This document shows, one piece after another, positions 49,660 through 61,700 of a stretch of DNA of 64,000 nucleotides. The stretch covers positions 121,460,001-121,524,000 of the forward strand of contig NW_024704742.1 of the NCBI RefSeq assembly GCF_018977255.1, written 5' to 3'. Positions within the stretch are counted from its first letter, which is position 1, and every line of letters begins with the position of its first letter. The stretch is from Callorhinchus milii (Eukaryota). The position numbers and the translations under genes are program-made. The notes beneath the pieces were generated by a model. The model was not told the DNA's origin. It searched no databases and was given only the letters and a program-made list of their open reading frames with translations.

Positions 49660-49963
49660 CGAGTTCTGTGGCTCAGTGGCCTTGCAAGTGAGACACCTGG
49701 GTTCAATTCCAGGCAGGGCGAAACTTTGGGCAAGTTTCCTTACCCCACACGCCTAATAATCATCCCTTCAAAACAAAACAATAATAAATTGGTCATTTTC
49801 AATCCACGACTGTTTGAGGGACACTGCTGTGCGCAATTCGCTGCAGCGTTTTGCCCACAAATATACAGTCAATTCACTTTACAGTCTATTCTGTGAAGCG
49901 CTTTGAGATGTCGAGAAGACGTGAAAAGCGCTATATCAAATGCAAGGATTATTATTATTATTA
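49660..49963 (+). mobile_element. Near full-length tRNA-derived SINE
   Basis: A-box TGGCTCAGTGG, B-box GGTTCAATTCC, body and (TTA)n tail. Confidence 0.9.
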
Positions 49964-50132
49964 TATTAATTGTACATCACACTCTAGAGAAAGTTAGACA
50001 ATAGTAACTCTTCAGTTGTAATTGCTAATTTTATAAATTGAGCGCCACTTCTTCATTATGTCTCACCATGTATCTCTGGAGTTCTGGGAGGAAATAGGCT
50101 GCTCATTTATTCTGTTCTGAAATCTAATTGCA

Positions 50133-50460
50133 GTGGAGTCCTGTAGCTCAGTGGTTAGAGCACTCGCCTCGCAAATGAGAGATCTGGGTTTGATTCCCGG
50201 CACGCCAAAACCTTGAGCAAGTTTCCTCACTCAACTCGCCTGATAATAATCCCTCAAGAAAAAATAAACAAATAAATAATTTGGTTACTCAATCCACGAC
50301 TGTTTGTGGGACACTGCTGTGTGCAATTGGCTGCTGTGTTTTTTGCCCACAAATAAACAGTCAATTCACTTTAAAGTATATTCTGTAAAGCGTTTTGAGA
50401 CGTCTCGAAGACGTGAAAAGCGCTATATCAAATGCAAGGATTTATTATTATTATCATCAT
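50133..50460 (+). mobile_element. Full-length tRNA-derived SINE with L2-type tail (reference copy)
   Basis: Pol III A-box TAGCTCAGTGG at 50144-50154, B-box GGTTTGATTCC at 50187-50197, Deu-like 3' body, hairpin AGCG..GACGTCTCGAAGACGT..CGCT and (TTA)n tail. Confidence 0.93.
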
Positions 50461-50467
50461 TATTTAT

Positions 50468-51160
50468 ACAACAAGATTTCATTTATAGAGCACCTTTCAC
50501 ATCGGGAGGACGTCCCAAGGCACTGGACAATTGGGACGGGACCCGAGCAGTGGGGAAACGGTCAGGGTGAGGGGAGGGAAGGGAGGGAGCGAGGAGGGGT
50601 AGAGAGTCGAGAGGGGAGCTGAAGGCACGGTCAAAGAGAAAGGCCTTGAGACCGGCCTTGAAGAAGGAAAGGGAGGAAGCGGCGAAGGCACTGGGGGATA
50701 GAGTTCCAGAGCCTCGGGGTTGAGAGGCTCAAGGCCCGGCCACCGATGGTAGGGCGGTTGGGGCGGGGGATGTGGAGCAGACTGGAGCCAGAGGAACTGA
50801 GGGTACGGGCAGGCAGGTAGGGGGATAGTAGGTCAGAGAGGTAGGAGGGAGCAAGGCCGTGAATGGCCTTGTAGGTGAGGGTGAGGATCTTGAATTCGAT
50901 CCTCTGGGGGATGGGGAGCCAGTGGAGGCGAGCGAGGGTGGGAGTGATGTGGTCCCGAAGCCTGGTGCGGGACAGTACACGAGCTGCAGAGTTCTGAATG
51001 ACCTGCAGCTTGTGGAGGGAGGTGGCGGGAAGGCCGGCGAGGAGAGAGTTCCCATAGTCCAGCCTTGAGGTGATAAAGGCGTGGACCAGGGTTTCAGCAG
51101 TGTGAGGGGTGAGGTAGTGCCATAGTCTGGCGATCTTTCGGAGGTGATGGAAGGCGGTGC
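50468..51160 (-). mobile_element. Young L2 3' fragment, tail-to-tail with the SINE
   Basis: Highly similar to 43309-43757 and CpG-retaining; carries ORF2 C-terminal motifs. Confidence 0.92.
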
Positions 51161-52689
51161 CATATATATGTTATATTATAGTGGCGCATTGTCAGAGGTG
51201 CCACCATTCGGATGAGACCTTAAACCAAGGTCTTATCTGCCTGTTCAGATAGATATTAAAGATCCCATGGGACTATACAAAAAGAGAAGAGAGTTTCTCT
51301 CAGTGTCCTGGCCACCAACTCCCCCAGGTAAGAAATTGATCATACAGTTCATGGCTGGTTGTGGGGCACTGCTGTGTACAAAATTGACTGTCAAGTTTGC
51401 CAACAGATGAACAATGACGAGAGAGTGAACAAGAGCTCCTACTTGTTATCCAGCGATTGCTACTGAATTATGTGTGTGGAGAACCGATGAGAACTGGATC
51501 AGGATTGAAGCGCTTTGGGACGTCCTCCCGACGTGAAAAGCGCTATATCAAATGCAAGGATTATTATTATTATTATTCCCTGTAATACAGTCTACGGTTA
51601 AATGGCCTGACCACGACCCACTGTCTGAACTCCGAGATAAAGTATGGTCATTTGGGCAAAGGACTGGAGGGGCTGTTGATGTCCATGGAGCCATAACCCC
51701 CCCAAAAAAGTCAGACAGCATGGTCAGAAAGGAAGAAATCTGCCGTCTGGAATTTAAGGCCGTACAGCACCAGTCTGCAACCAACCGAATCACTGATTAA
51801 ACAAGTGAAAGGAGCTGTAACAGGATTTCACACTTTCAACAGCATTTCAAGTAGATGACAGAACACATTCATTTTTAATATCTGCTGCACGCATCGTTTT
51901 GAACTATCTCAACCATACTTTCTATGTCACATAGGGGTCGTCTCAAATGCTTTCATGGCAAAATTAGCAGAACGCTCAAATTTCCTTTTGTGGAACAAGT
52001 AGCTGGCAATGAGAAGCACTTCAATGGAAAAGAGCTTTTGTGGGTTAGAGAGTTAAACATAAGCCTTTTTAAAATGATTAAAAACAACCATTCTTCAAAA
52101 TCGCATGCTACTGTAGGTCATTCCATCAGCATACCTCCAGACTTCAACACTCTTTGTTCACTTTTTAATTTGCATGCTTATTAGTATGTATGAGGTTTGC
52201 ATCAAGCTTTAATATGCGGACTGGTGCAGAATACATTGTAATGAGCATAAAATTGAGCACTCAAATTAAAACCGCATTGTAATCAAAATGTTACACCGAA
52301 GGGCCAAGGTGACATCAGCATGCTAGGTGCACAACACAATTGCTAAACCTCCACAGGCACTCTGGAGAATTTCCTTTTAGAAGCTGATCTGACATAACCC
52401 ATAGTGTTAAATGGGATCTGTACTCCTTGAATGTGCAGATGACCACACTGAATCACAATTACAGGACCAGCAGTCAACAATGGGTCAAAAGAAAATTGAA
52501 GATACCTCTCTTGCAATTTGGCGCAATTAATATTATTACTTCTAAAGAAAAGAGAGAAAGGTTAGTACAGAGTGAGGCTGCTTCTGAGATTAAATAGCTC
52601 TAATATGGATCTTCTATCATGTCCACCCTCCTTCCTTATCGTTTCACCAGATTGCAATTTTTTTTGTCCATCCTGACTTTCTATACATC

Positions 52690-52950
52690 AATAATAATCC
52701 TTGCATTTGATATAGTGCCTGATTACGTCTTTGAGACATCTCAAAGCACTTCACAAAATACTATAAAGTGAATTTACTGTATATTTGGTGGGCGAAACCC
52801 AACAGCCAATTGCACACCGGAAAAGTGATCCGCCAATGAACTAATAACTGGGTTCTTACTTACTGGTAGGTAAACAGAGGCATGTGTAGTAAGGAAATTT
52901 GCCCAACGTTCGCCCTGCTCAGGAATCAAACCCAAATTACCTCATTACAA
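52690..52950 (-). mobile_element. SINE, diverged
   Basis: Tail AATAATAATCCTTGCATTTG and B-box remnant GGAATCAAACCC. Confidence 0.75.
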
Positions 52951-54379
52951 GAATAAGCTCGTATTTACAATAATACTAAGGAAGAACTACTCTGTTACAA
53001 GCTTGATAATGTTCCATTTAGGTAGCTGTCGTTTGTATGGAATAATGTAAATAACAACAAAAAATTACATTTGTATAGCGCCTTTCACGTCAGGAGGATG
53101 TCCCAAGGCACTGGATAAGGATTAATGAGATAGAAATTAATTCTAAGAGTACACAATATGCTTTTCAGAATATCATTTTCAGAATTTCATCCATTTAGAT
53201 GTCAATTATATTTTTTCAAATGGAGAGGAAAGTGTACAAAAAGCACTCGCTTCTGAACTCTGTTCTCATCCTACTGTATAAATATTCTGAGGAAATTAAG
53301 GAACAGCAATATACACATAAGTGGAAATCATAGGCGTAAAAAATCTCAAGTAAAGGAAACTCCTGAGTAAGTACTAAATCCAGCTTATTCAACCTCGACT
53401 GGAACCTTAAAGTCCTGACATGGAGCTTGAATCTACAACCTTCTGACTCAAAGGCAAAAGTGCTACCAACTGAGCCAGGTTGACACCTAAATCTTGATCT
53501 TGTGCAGTGGCCTTTAACACTCCTAAACAATCTCACTCGGGAAGTAGCAATCAAATAGAAGATTGATTGATAAGAATTTTGAATGTGAATGTGGAGCATT
53601 ATGATTTAAGTGTGCCTAAAAGCAATAAATGACTTCTTATAGAAACGGATAGAAGTAAACAAATCTAAGAAGAATCATATCTAGATTTAGGAAAGACGTA
53701 GACGATGGCAGGCTCCATTGTTTCTCTGAAAAGCAAGATAAAACCTTGAGGATAAATTTGTTGTCTTGGCTTAATTGTGCCTTTATGATGCTTCTGTTTG
53801 ACATTCTGCTCCACTGGTTCAAGAAAATCAAGTAAATCTATTAGACTTCCAGTGGGACTGTAAATCCCCTTGTGTACTCGCCTGACTGAGCTGTAGAGAT
53901 TGAAAGGGGGAGGGCGGAGCGAAGGGATGGAACTGTGACTGTGACCGCACATTCCAATATAATGTGCAGTGGAGCTGACTGCCAGCTGGGAGGCTGACCC
54001 GGGCAGCCCTAGAGGAAGGGGAGTCCCCACAGCGGAGCCACACTTTCTAGCCTCTCCTACATGCCACACTGAGCAGATAACACAGAAAATCTCAGCCTTT
54101 GCTTTGCTTAGTACAAAACTCGGGGCAACGTAGAAAATTCTTCAGTTAGAACTAATGCCTCACGATACAATGGCCAAAATATAACATTTGGTTTCGTACC
54201 AGTTTTTCATCAGAAAAATGGCAGCCAGCGGGCACTAAAGATCTGATTCCGCTCACTGTTTTAAGTTGCAGACCAATCACAAATACACCCAGATAAGTCA
54301 GAGAGTACCGTTCTACTGCATGGTCAGTAGGGACTGATTTTGAAGACATGAAATGTTGTTCCTCTAGGGCCTGGGGCAG

Positions 54380-54640
54380 CCCCCTTATGTCACAGCAACA
54401 TGAACTGTATGCAGAGCTCCAGGTGCGGCCTGACCAGAGCTCTGTACAGTGTCAGTACTGCTTCTGGGGATCTGAGCTCAAGCGATTTAGCACCGTAGCA
54501 CAGCTTCCGGTTTGCCATGTCCATTTCTGCCTCACTCACCACTGGGTGGAAACATTTGTTACAACAATCAAAGTGACCCACAGCTCTTCTCTCTCAAAGA
54601 ACAAAGAGTGTTCCAAATGTTTTCATCTACACATTGCCCA
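54380..54640 (-). mobile_element. Degraded CR1 ORF2 fragment
   Basis: Encodes EAVLTLYRALVRPHLELCIQF. Confidence 0.75.
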
Positions 54641-55526
54641 ATTCTAAGAAAATCTGTCTAGAAACTGCCATTTTTACCATTGCATTAGCGTTAGATACAG
54701 GTTCCACAATGGGATACACTCCCAGATGATGAAAGGCTTAAGAATTCAAGGTCGGAGATTTCAGTCAAGCATGGGACTCAATATTACTTGTAATACACTG
54801 TATATATTTTTTGAAATATCTCTGGATGGATTTGTCATTTCATAACATTTAGTTTTTATATTTTGAGAGAGAATTTTTTAAAGGAACATACAGAAAACCT
54901 GTTTCAAAATGAAAACTGTATTTAAGAACTTGCCAAATTCAGGACTCTGAAATAGCACCTCCCAACATGAAAGGCGCTATTACAAAAGTCATTTTGTTGT
55001 TGTTATTGTTAAGAGATGGGAGTAAATCTAGATCCAGGTGGAATTTCTCTTGTTCACTGTATGCATTTCATTCAGGAGCTGAGTAGAGTTGAAATCATCA
55101 CTTGGTCTGCAGGAAAAAATTGTTGTCTATTGGTATAGACTTAAAGGAAACATTAATTCAGAAACTACCTCCCTATCTTTGAAGTAATTACCATTATTAG
55201 GACTCCTCAGTTTTAAGGAGCACCATTATGAATAATAGTCCTTGCATTTGATACACCACCATATCGTTGCGACGGCTCAAAGAGCTTCATAGAATATACT
55301 GTAAAGTGAATTAACTGTATAGTTTGTGGGGAAATGCATCAGCCAATTGTGCCCAGCAGTCGTGGATTATGACAACAAATTTACAGATAGTGAGCAGAAC
55401 ATGAAAAAGAAAACTCAAACAAAATCCTGGGCAGCTTTCGATTCGTGCCTAAAGAGAACCAAACACTGTCACCATGAGTCTGAATGGACATTCATTCACC
55501 CAGGAGGGATCCGTGTATTCTCTTAC

Positions 55527-55616
55527 CTTCCCATTCAGTGGGAATATTTTCTATTCCAAATTCAACTTCTTCTGAGTGGGCAGGTTCTACCATTCTCTTT
55601 TCACGGACAGACTGAC
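55527..55616 (-). CDS. NDUFAF2: NADH:ubiquinone oxidoreductase complex assembly factor 2 (mimitin), coding exon 2 (90 nt)
   Basis: Minus strand reads ttctttgtttcag|GTCAG...TGGGAAG|gtaaga. Translates (G)QSVREKRMVEPAHSEEVEFGIENIPTEWE(A), matching the NDUFA12-family REKR...IPTEWEAW motif. Phase 1-1. Confidence 0.93.
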
Positions 55617-56299
55617 CTGAAACAAAGAACAAGTGTCGAAATATCAACACACAGATAATGTAAAGAGAGTTTCCCCTCCCCTCTCATTACAACAATATTT
55701 TCACTTCAGTATATGCAGTACTGATCCAAAAAAGGGGGAGAAGAGGAACAATTTATTTTACCTTGCAAGCGCTAAGGAGTTCAAGAAATAATTTTGTGTA
55801 AAATCCTGTTCTCCTGGAAAGGATTGGTTTACATGGGTTGATTCATCATGAAGCAAAGCAAAAGGGCTCCAAGAAACGTTTGATGCATTGAAATTGACCC
55901 CAAAGTGCAAATAGCAAGTCAACAGAGTTTGGCTCAGAGAATGGCAACTGAGATGTATCTATTGTATTCCGTCCCAAAGTAGTAACTGAACCTAAACACA
56001 TTCCATTTACAGTTTATATAGCAGGATACGTGGTGCTTAACCCATTGATCCCGTAGTTTTAGTTGTGGTTATCTTAGTCACATACGAGACTTGAAAGTGT
56101 GAAACAGCTCCCTGCTGAGAGTGCAGTCTTCAGATATGTTTTATTTCAGTTCAGTGCTAATTCTGCAGTTGGGGACCAACATACTGAGTGCTTGGTACCC
56201 CAGACTGATAACATTCTTATGTCAGTGCTCGGGAAACGTAAAATATCAAGCAAGTCAGGGACTCTGAGCGCACAACCATTATCTAGTCTCCCTGGCTGT

Positions 56300-56445
56300 G
56301 GTTTCGATCTCCCTGCTTCCGCCTGTGCCCTCCACCCTCCCCCACCCCGACCCCCAGCTCGGGTCTGTAACTCTGTCTGTCCAGCGCCTTGGGACATCCT
56401 CCCGACGTGAAAGGCACTTTACAAATGTAATTTTGTTGCTGTTGT
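56300..56445 (+). mobile_element. L2 3' end
   Basis: CCAGCGCCTTGGGACATCCTCCCGACGTGAAAGGCAC...TTTTGTTGCTGTTG. Confidence 0.85.
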
Positions 56446-57399
56446 CGGTGTTTGTTTTAATGGTAGGAGTGAGTTTCAAATCAATGGGTCCCTCTTTTTT
56501 GTTTGATTCTTTCCCAGGAGGGGGCAGGTCTTCCTTATTCCTTATTGCCATCCCTCCACCATCCACATCCTTATTCTTTTTTGTAACACTCCCTGGCCTT
56601 TCCCAGACTGACAAACAAACAAAAATGTTGACCATGTGCATGTTTTTATTGTTAAAAGAAACAACATTAAAAGCAAAAACATAGTTTAATACAAAAAAGA
56701 CCAAACACATTTCAATTAGACTAGTTATACCACAGATATATTCAGTAGACTCAAAAAAAGCATACACTTGACAATCTTTAGTTTTCCTTACACCACTTTG
56801 CATCCACTTGACCACCTGAAATATATTTTAATTGTTCAATCTTCACAAGCGTTAAAAACGTCAGCAACATGTGGGTACCGTAGAGTACAACTCCTCATCA
56901 AAGAGATGTCAACTGTGAGAATGAAGGACTTCCCAGCCTAGACCATAAGCAAATTCTGTCATGGGCTTATACCAATAACTTCTTTTCCAGAAGTGAGAGT
57001 ACAGTATTACTAACCAAGGAAAGCTGATGCTTTTTNCTAAAAAAAATCAGGAATCTTTTTTTTGCTATTTTCACTGAATATAGCAACATAGGTGGAATTC
57101 AGCAACCAATGTGTTTTTATTTCAGTCCAATATTTGTAACATTACAGTGCAAGCATTTGGCTTTTTTCCTCCCTTTGTTACCATCCTCCTATGAATATAG
57201 AAGTACAGTATTTTTATAAAGAAGTAAATATTGAGCTACATATACGCTCACCTAAAATATATAGTTTAACGATTTTCATTTACAACTGCTCACAGGTTAT
57301 TTGGTTTATAAAAGCTGTGGTATTTTTGCTGCCAATGCAAAATCACTAAAAAAAACATTGTTTGTGGGACACTGCTGTGGGCAATTGGCTGTCGCATTT

Positions 57400-57890
57400 C
57401 ACACAACTTGCATTTATATAGCGCCCTTCACGGCAGAGGCTTCTCGGAGCGCTTAGTAGTGGAGCCCTAAGCCGAGCCACGGGGAGGAAGCGCGACCTGA
57501 AAATGGGGAGAGACGGGGCATGGCGTAGGGATTGAGGGAGAGAGGTCCACAGCTTCGGAGCGTAGTGGCTGAAAGCACAGTCACCGATGGTGGGGCAGAG
57601 GTTCCAAGGGGCAAGGAGGAGGCAGGAGCCAGTCGAGTGAAGGTAGCAGGTTGGGAGAGGGCAGGTTGGAGAGATGGGAGGCTGCCAGGGTGTGAAGGAA
57701 TTTAAACACAGGAGTGAGGATCTTGAAATCGATCCACTGTGACAGGGAACCAATGGAGTTTGATAAGGATTGGGGTAATGAAGGTATAGAGTTCAGTGCA
57801 GGTGAGAATGCGGGCGGCAGAGTTTTGAATTAGTTGGAATTTTGTGAATTGTAGAGAGGGGAGACCACCGAGGGGGCATTTGACCACTCA
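57400..57890 (-). mobile_element. Older L2 3' fragment
   Basis: KFQLIQNSAARILT...ITPILIKLHWFPV and GDCAFSHYAPKLWTSLP motifs. Confidence 0.85.
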
Positions 57891-59390
57891 AATGCCCTCA
57901 AACAAATATACAGTAAATCAATCAAAACATTTTTGATTGATTGCTTTTTTTGATTGATACAGGCAATTCATTTTACAGTATATTCTGTAAAGGGCTTTGA
58001 GACGTCTCAATGATGTAATAAAGCGCTATGTCAAATGCAAGGATTATTATAATTATAGCTGACTTTATCCTATACAGGTCGTACCACAAGCTTGAAATTG
58101 TCCTTTTACAATTGGAGACCCTTCCTAAAGAGATGCTTTGTTCGGAAACTGTTTTCTCTGGGCTCAGGCCAAACATGTTCACTGTAATTCAACACTGCTA
58201 ATGTTCAAACAATTAGCTCCACCATTGCTTAGTTCCTAATTTATTAATGAATAATTGCAATCATTACCATAGTACATAGTAATCAATTTGAGAATTACTG
58301 CTCAGGAGGTGTCCGTTTGGAGCCAGTAAAAGGTTGCTGAATTAAAAGAACATACATTGGCCTTTCATTAGTCCTCATTTGTTTATTTTATATCCTGCCA
58401 AAGCATTTTTATCAGGCACTATGCACTATTTTGTCCTTTATCCAAGGGAATTTTCACAGCACTTCAGATGACATCAGGAGAGTAGTGTTACTATGGCTAT
58501 CGCGCAAGGACCACCAAGTTCTACAGTAAATGAAGGAATTGAGGACAGTGAGTCAATTCATCAGCTCAAGATGCTTAGTCCAGGAAACAAAAAGCTGCTG
58601 GAGACTACTCCCTACTCATTGGGGGAAGTTTGTTCACAATCTGCTTCCAAATCAGTATTCAGCATCCAATTGGGAGAATAGTGCCTGCTGGCGAAAATAG
58701 CCAAACACGCAACATCAGAAAAAGTACACTGAGCATGTCATCCACTCTGGATCTGTGACCTTTGGAATTTTAAGAGAAAGTTCTTGCACTTGGGGCAAGT
58801 GATGTTCATAGTTCTACATTTACACTTGTATATTCAAGATTGCTGAATGTGATCTATTAAGTCCACCGCTGAAAGTCTCAGGGAGCAATCATCTGCTTTC
58901 GAATTTACTCTCATTTATTGCCTCTTGTTGATTTTCTTCCCTCTTTCCTGAAAATGTAAGCCTGTTTTTTTTCTTTTACAGGATACATCCAGTGCCTTGG
59001 GACATCCTCCCGACATGAAAGGCACTCTACAAATATAACTTTTTGTTTGTTGTTGATACAGAAACTTGGGCTCTTCTTACCCTTTGGTTCCTCACTCAAT
59101 ATCCACTATTCATGTGTGCTCCTGAACAGGAAGTGTCAACAATTGCTAGCATGGTGGTGGTGGTGGGGGGGGGCAGAGGATGTTAATTTCATAATCAAGC
59201 TTAATTCTGTCCTCAGTGAATCCATATATATAGATCTCTGTTAGGGCTGGGCTGGATAGCAGTCAGAAGCTGTTTTCCCCACCCTAACTTGGGCGTTGAG
59301 GCCAACTGTACCACCTCTAATTCTGCTCTGGCTGAGATCAGCAAACTGGGAATCAAATCTGGCACCTTACAACCATAAAACTCAGCTACT

Positions 59391-59560
59391 CAACAACAAC
59401 AACAAAATTACATTTATAGAGCGCCTTTCACGTCGGGAGGACATCCCGAAGCGCTGAACAGTCAGGTGTCAGGGCCCGAGCATGGGGGAGGGGTGGTATA
59501 GGGGTGAGGGAAGGCAGAGAGGTGGGAGGGCGACCAAAGGCACAATCGAAGAGAAAGGTC
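59391..59560 (-). mobile_element. L2 3' end
   Basis: Nearly identical to 22815-22985. Confidence 0.9.
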
Positions 59561-59769
59561 TCGATAAATTTGCTGACGTCTTTTTACCAAGAGATCAATC
59601 TGATCAGAATTACTGCAGTTATGTAGATATCCAAAGCCTGTTTGTTGTACCTCATGTTGCTGATATCAATACAGTGACTTGAAAGATCATGCAGAATTTT
59701 TGGAAATGGTCTTAAATTCATTCTTAAGTTGGAAGCCTATTTTCTGCAATAACTAAAAAAAACTTGAGT

Positions 59770-60170
59770 GGGGGGAGGGAGAGGTAAGCAATACTTCCTT
59801 GGTGCTTAAGTAGCTTCAAGGTCAAATGCTTGGCAAAGGAATGTCGGAATGGAATAAATCTTCTGTGGCAGTAGTGTGGTTCCTGAGCCAGGTGGGCTTT
59901 CAGTACTCCAGAGCACTGTGGATGACAGGTCAGCCAGCCTAGCTCGTTGGCAGGACTTGGGAGGGCCAGACCTGTCACTGGAGGCAGAGATTCTTCCCAC
60001 TCAGCTCCTTGTAAGCCAAAACCCTAGTGGGTAGAGTGATCCTAGCTGGACAAGCAGCAGGAAGCTTGTCAGACAGTGCTTCAATGACAGTGCTTCTATG
60101 CGGTTTAAGCTGGCTGAATTCCAGCAATACCCCAAACCAATGCACACTGTGGGGTCCCCAAGCCTTGCTT
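59770..60170 (+). repeat. Unidentified dispersed element, copy 2
   Basis: AAGCAGCAGGAAGCTTGTCAGACA (60052-60075) is the reverse complement of 44388-44411; GTTGGCAGGACTTGGG (59946-59961) is the reverse complement of 44507-44522. Confidence 0.8.
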
Positions 60171-61439
60171 TATGTCAATCTGCACTCAATATTCTCTGGA
60201 ATTGACAAGAAGGGTGGTGCCTCTAGGGAGAGTGTGCATTCCGTTCCGGACACAGGGAAATTTCCATGGATAAGTGGAATACATATGTGAAACTCGCAGT
60301 CTGGTTTGGATACTCTTAAGCATAGTAATGAGTTTCTACATGTGTTATACAGCCGGCTGACCAAACAAGACACCCCCAGAAAAAAATAAAATGATGGGGA
60401 AAGATGTTTATCAAATAGAACTGCAAACTCATCACCATTTCTATAATCAGTCTTCTGTATAAAAGAAGAATGGGATTATTTTTCAAGAGTAAATTTGTCT
60501 ATTTTTTCATGGAGACAAAGTACAAACATTTAAAGGCAGGAAACGGAGAGCCTTTACATTTTGTTAAAACATCCCTATCTCACAGCCGCAACACTTAGCA
60601 TCTGGACACGTAGGGCACTTCCATTAATGGTAAAATAGATGCACAGAATGGTATTGACAGCTGGGTTTGTATACAACCACATGCATTTGTAAACCACAGT
60701 ATGAAGAGGTTTGTGTCAATGTCTACTTGCAATTGTAATTATTTTCCTCCAGAAATTTCTAAGAGTTCTTTTACATTAGTAACACGTTATTGTTCATGGA
60801 CAGTTGGACAAATAGTTACGTAACTGGTTTCTCTTCTATACAGAAACACACTCTTAATTCAAAATGTAATAAATAACCACTGCATATGATGCATTTGCTG
60901 AACAAGGGCACATTTTTGTTCAAGGGACCACTATTGTTGCCAGATTCCCAGGGTGATAGAGACAGTGCAATTCTTTAGGTGCAGCAGCTCATAACCATTT
61001 TCAAGCCAGCAATAAAAACTCTCATTGGCACTATCAGCACCTGCCTTCATTTCCTTCCTCCACAGCATTCAGCCTTGGCTGAATTGTTGCATAGGGTTGT
61101 TACACCGAGAGCGGTTTGGACTCTCAAACTCTGGGAGTCATTTTTGAAGATTGTTTTTCAAAGTGTTGTCACGGAAAAATGTGAAGAGGCTACTGGATAC
61201 AATTCACTTCTTGTGCACGCATCCCCAATTCCATTCGTTAAAAAGGTTCATTCTGTGCTATCCATGGTTACCCTTTCAATTTCGTAAAATAAAGCTCTTC
61301 AATTGACTATCACCATAATAGTTCAATAGAATACGCAATACCCGCAGGAAACCTGAATGGATGCACGGTGCTCTTAGATTCCTTTAAAGGCTTCAGTCAG
61401 CGACAACAGCAAGAGAATGTTTTCATGCAAATCAGCAAG

Positions 61440-61700
61440 GTTAGAGATTTGATCACCGTTCTGTGTCATTAGTCAATCTGAGTTGGGGCAGCAGTGCTCA
61501 TGCTATAATTGAGTGGGCATCTTACAATTGTCTCAGGGTTAGGGAGAAGAAAACAATTAATTAGCCAGGGTTTCCTTTACTCCCTGCTATCCTGTGATCC
61601 CCTGCTGAAAGGACACATGTGCGGGCAGATCAACCTCCAGCTGTGGCCTCCCATCCCTCCACCATCCGGGCATACACAGAATGAATGGCCATGGGAGGTT
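61440..61700 (+). mobile_element. Ancient SINE-like repeat (LmeSINE1-like)
   Basis: GGGTTAGGGAG...TAGCCAGGGTTTCC...GCTATCCTGTGATCCCCTGCTGAAAG, related to 27120-27395. Confidence 0.45.

Noticed and set aside
50133..50210. tRNA gene
   Set aside because: A and B boxes are present, but there is no proper acceptor stem and the sequence runs into a SINE body; the same holds for 16890-16967, 33870-33944 and 7321.
57036..57036. Single ambiguous base n
   Set aside because: An assembly ambiguity next to a homopolymer, with no biological meaning.
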